DNA of 57,034 bases from Flavobacteriales bacterium (GTDB lineage: Bacteria > Bacteroidota > Bacteroidia > Flavobacteriales_C > GCA-002722245), in assembly GCA_038154685.1 (NCBI GenBank), contig JAYPYW010000013.1, positions 1-57,034 on the forward strand, given 5' to 3'. Under the pieces are notes generated by a model. It was given only the letters and a program-made list of their open reading frames with translations. It had not been told where the DNA came from and did not search any database. Positions 55,951-57,034 of this stretch are shown piece after piece. Positions within the stretch are counted from its first letter, which is position 1, and each line of letters begins with the position of its first letter. The position numbers were made by a program, and so were the translations under genes.

Positions 55951-56865
55951 TTAATAAGCGAAACTCATTAAAGCCTTGAAGTCATCAATTCTTGATTCCA
56001 ACTCTTCTTTAGTAACCGCCTTAATTTTATCTGTTCCAAATTCTTGAACTGTAAATGAAGCCAATGCAGAACCATAAATTACAGCTCTTTTCATGTTTTC
56101 AAACGATACATCATCTGTGCTTGCCAAATATCCCATGAATCCGCCAGCGAAAGTATCACCTGCTCCGGTAGGATCCATTACGTTTGGTAACGGTAATGCT
56201 GGCGCATAAAACATATTCTTTCCGTGGAATAATAAAGCACCATGCTCACCTTTTTTGATGATTAAATACTTAGGTCCCATTTTTTGGATTTTTTCAGCAG
56301 CCGTTAATAATGAGTATTCTCCAGATAACTGACGAGCCTCTTCATCATTGATCGTTAAAACATCTACCATTGAAATGGTTTTTTTCAAATCGTCCATTGC
56401 AATATCCATCCAGAAGTTCATTGTATCCATTGCAATTAACTTCGGACGATTAATCATGCTATTAATTACCTGTTGTTGAACAACTGGTGCTAAATTTCCA
56501 AGCATCAAATAAGTACAATCTTGGTAAGACTCTGGAACAACTGGATTAAAAGATTCTAAAACATTTAATTCTGTTACTAAAGTGTCTCTCGAGTTCATAT
56601 CGTTGTGGTAACGACCACTCCAGAAAAATGTTTTTTCTCCTTCTTTTATTTGAAGTCCTTCTAAATCGAACCCAGCACCTTTTAAATCGTTAATTGTTTC
56701 TTGAGGAAAATCATCACCAACAACTGCTACTAACTTTGGGTTAACCCCTAATTTTGTAGCCGAATAACCTACGTAAGTTGCAGATCCACCAACAATTTTA
56801 TCTGTTTTTCCGAAAGGCGTTTCAATCGCATCAAACGCTACAGTTCCAATAATTACAAGACTCAT
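55951..56865 (-). CDS. PfkB family carbohydrate kinase
   Basis: GGSATYVG and DPTGAGDTFAGGFMGYL (the PfkB signature). I prefer the ATG at 56863-56865 (MSLVIIGTVAFD) over the TTG at 56892. Confidence 0.85.
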   Translation of the reverse strand: MSLVIIGTVAFDAIETPFGKTDKIVGGSATYVGYSATKLGVNPKLVAVVGDDFPQETINDLKGAGFDLEGLQIKEGEKTFFWSGRYHNDMNSRDTLVTELNVLESFNPVVPESYQDCTYLMLGNLAPVVQQQVINSMINRPKLIAMDTMNFWMDIAMDDLKKTISMVDVLTINDEEARQLSGEYSLLTAAEKIQKMGPKYLIIKKGEHGALLFHGKNMFYAPALPLPNVMDPTGAGDTFAGGFMGYLASTDDVSFENMKRAVIYGSALASFTVQEFGTDKIKAVTKEELESRIDDFKALMSFAY

Positions 56866-56955
56866 TCTAATTTTTTTGAAAATTTTGGTCAAAGATATTG
56901 TTTATTTAGGAAATAAGAATTAATATTGCACTCCCAAATTTTTGGGAACACATAT

Positions 56956-57029
56956 TCCTTCTTAGCTCAGTTGGTTAGAGCATCTGACTGTTAATCAGAG
57001 GGTCCCTGGTTCGAGCCCAGGAGAGGGAG
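56956..57029 (+). tRNA. tRNA-Asn (anticodon GTT)
   Basis: Folded by hand into a 74-nt cloverleaf: acceptor TCCTTCT/AGAGGGA, D arm GCTC-AGTTGGTTA-GAGC, anticodon arm TCTGA-CTGTTAA-TCAGA, T arm CCTGG-TTCGAGC-CCAGG, discriminator G. No encoded CCA. Confidence 0.95.
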
Positions 57030-57034
57030 CAAAA

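Overview
This is an AT-rich, gene-dense 57-kb chromosomal segment. Its gene content points to a Bacteroidota genome, probably a Flavobacteriia-like lineage with gliding motility and a type IX secretion system (T9SS). All functional calls come from motif recognition by eye on the supplied translations and on my own translations; no database search or computation was possible. I call about 44 protein-coding genes, 2 tRNAs (Arg-TCG and Asn-GTT), several intrinsic terminators and three short GC-rich repeat elements. I see no CRISPR array, transposase, integrase, reverse transcriptase or rRNA. Housekeeping genes (ppa, dprA, yraN, thiL, ispD, asd, ppc, dCMP deaminase, S41 protease, PfkB kinase) are interleaved with an unusually large cell-surface complement. 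That complement includes a 12.7-kb gene for a 4247-aa SprB-type adhesin with about 49 tandem Cys-containing repeats of about 78 aa and a T9SS type-B tail, followed by a PorP/SprF gene that carries an atypical coiled-coil extension. It also includes other T9SS cargo (one decayed), TPR/MORN-variant repeat proteins, a transglutaminase-like/DUF3857 pair and a fused SGNH-MBOAT O-acyltransferase operon. The candidates most worth a second look are: (1) a translationally coupled operon of a beta-helix lipoprotein, a VTC-domain protein, a DUF4956 protein and a lipoprotein pyrophosphatase at the left edge; (2) the internal architecture of the giant adhesin, with perfect covariation of an optional Cys pair and 4-repeat super-units; (3) the PorP/SprF extension and a SET-domain gene directly upstream of the adhesin; (4) a 38-bp perfect inverted-repeat element that has captured the 3' end of ispD; (5) the SGNH-MBOAT system. 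I found no recognisable defence system, and none of the candidates is proven novel.
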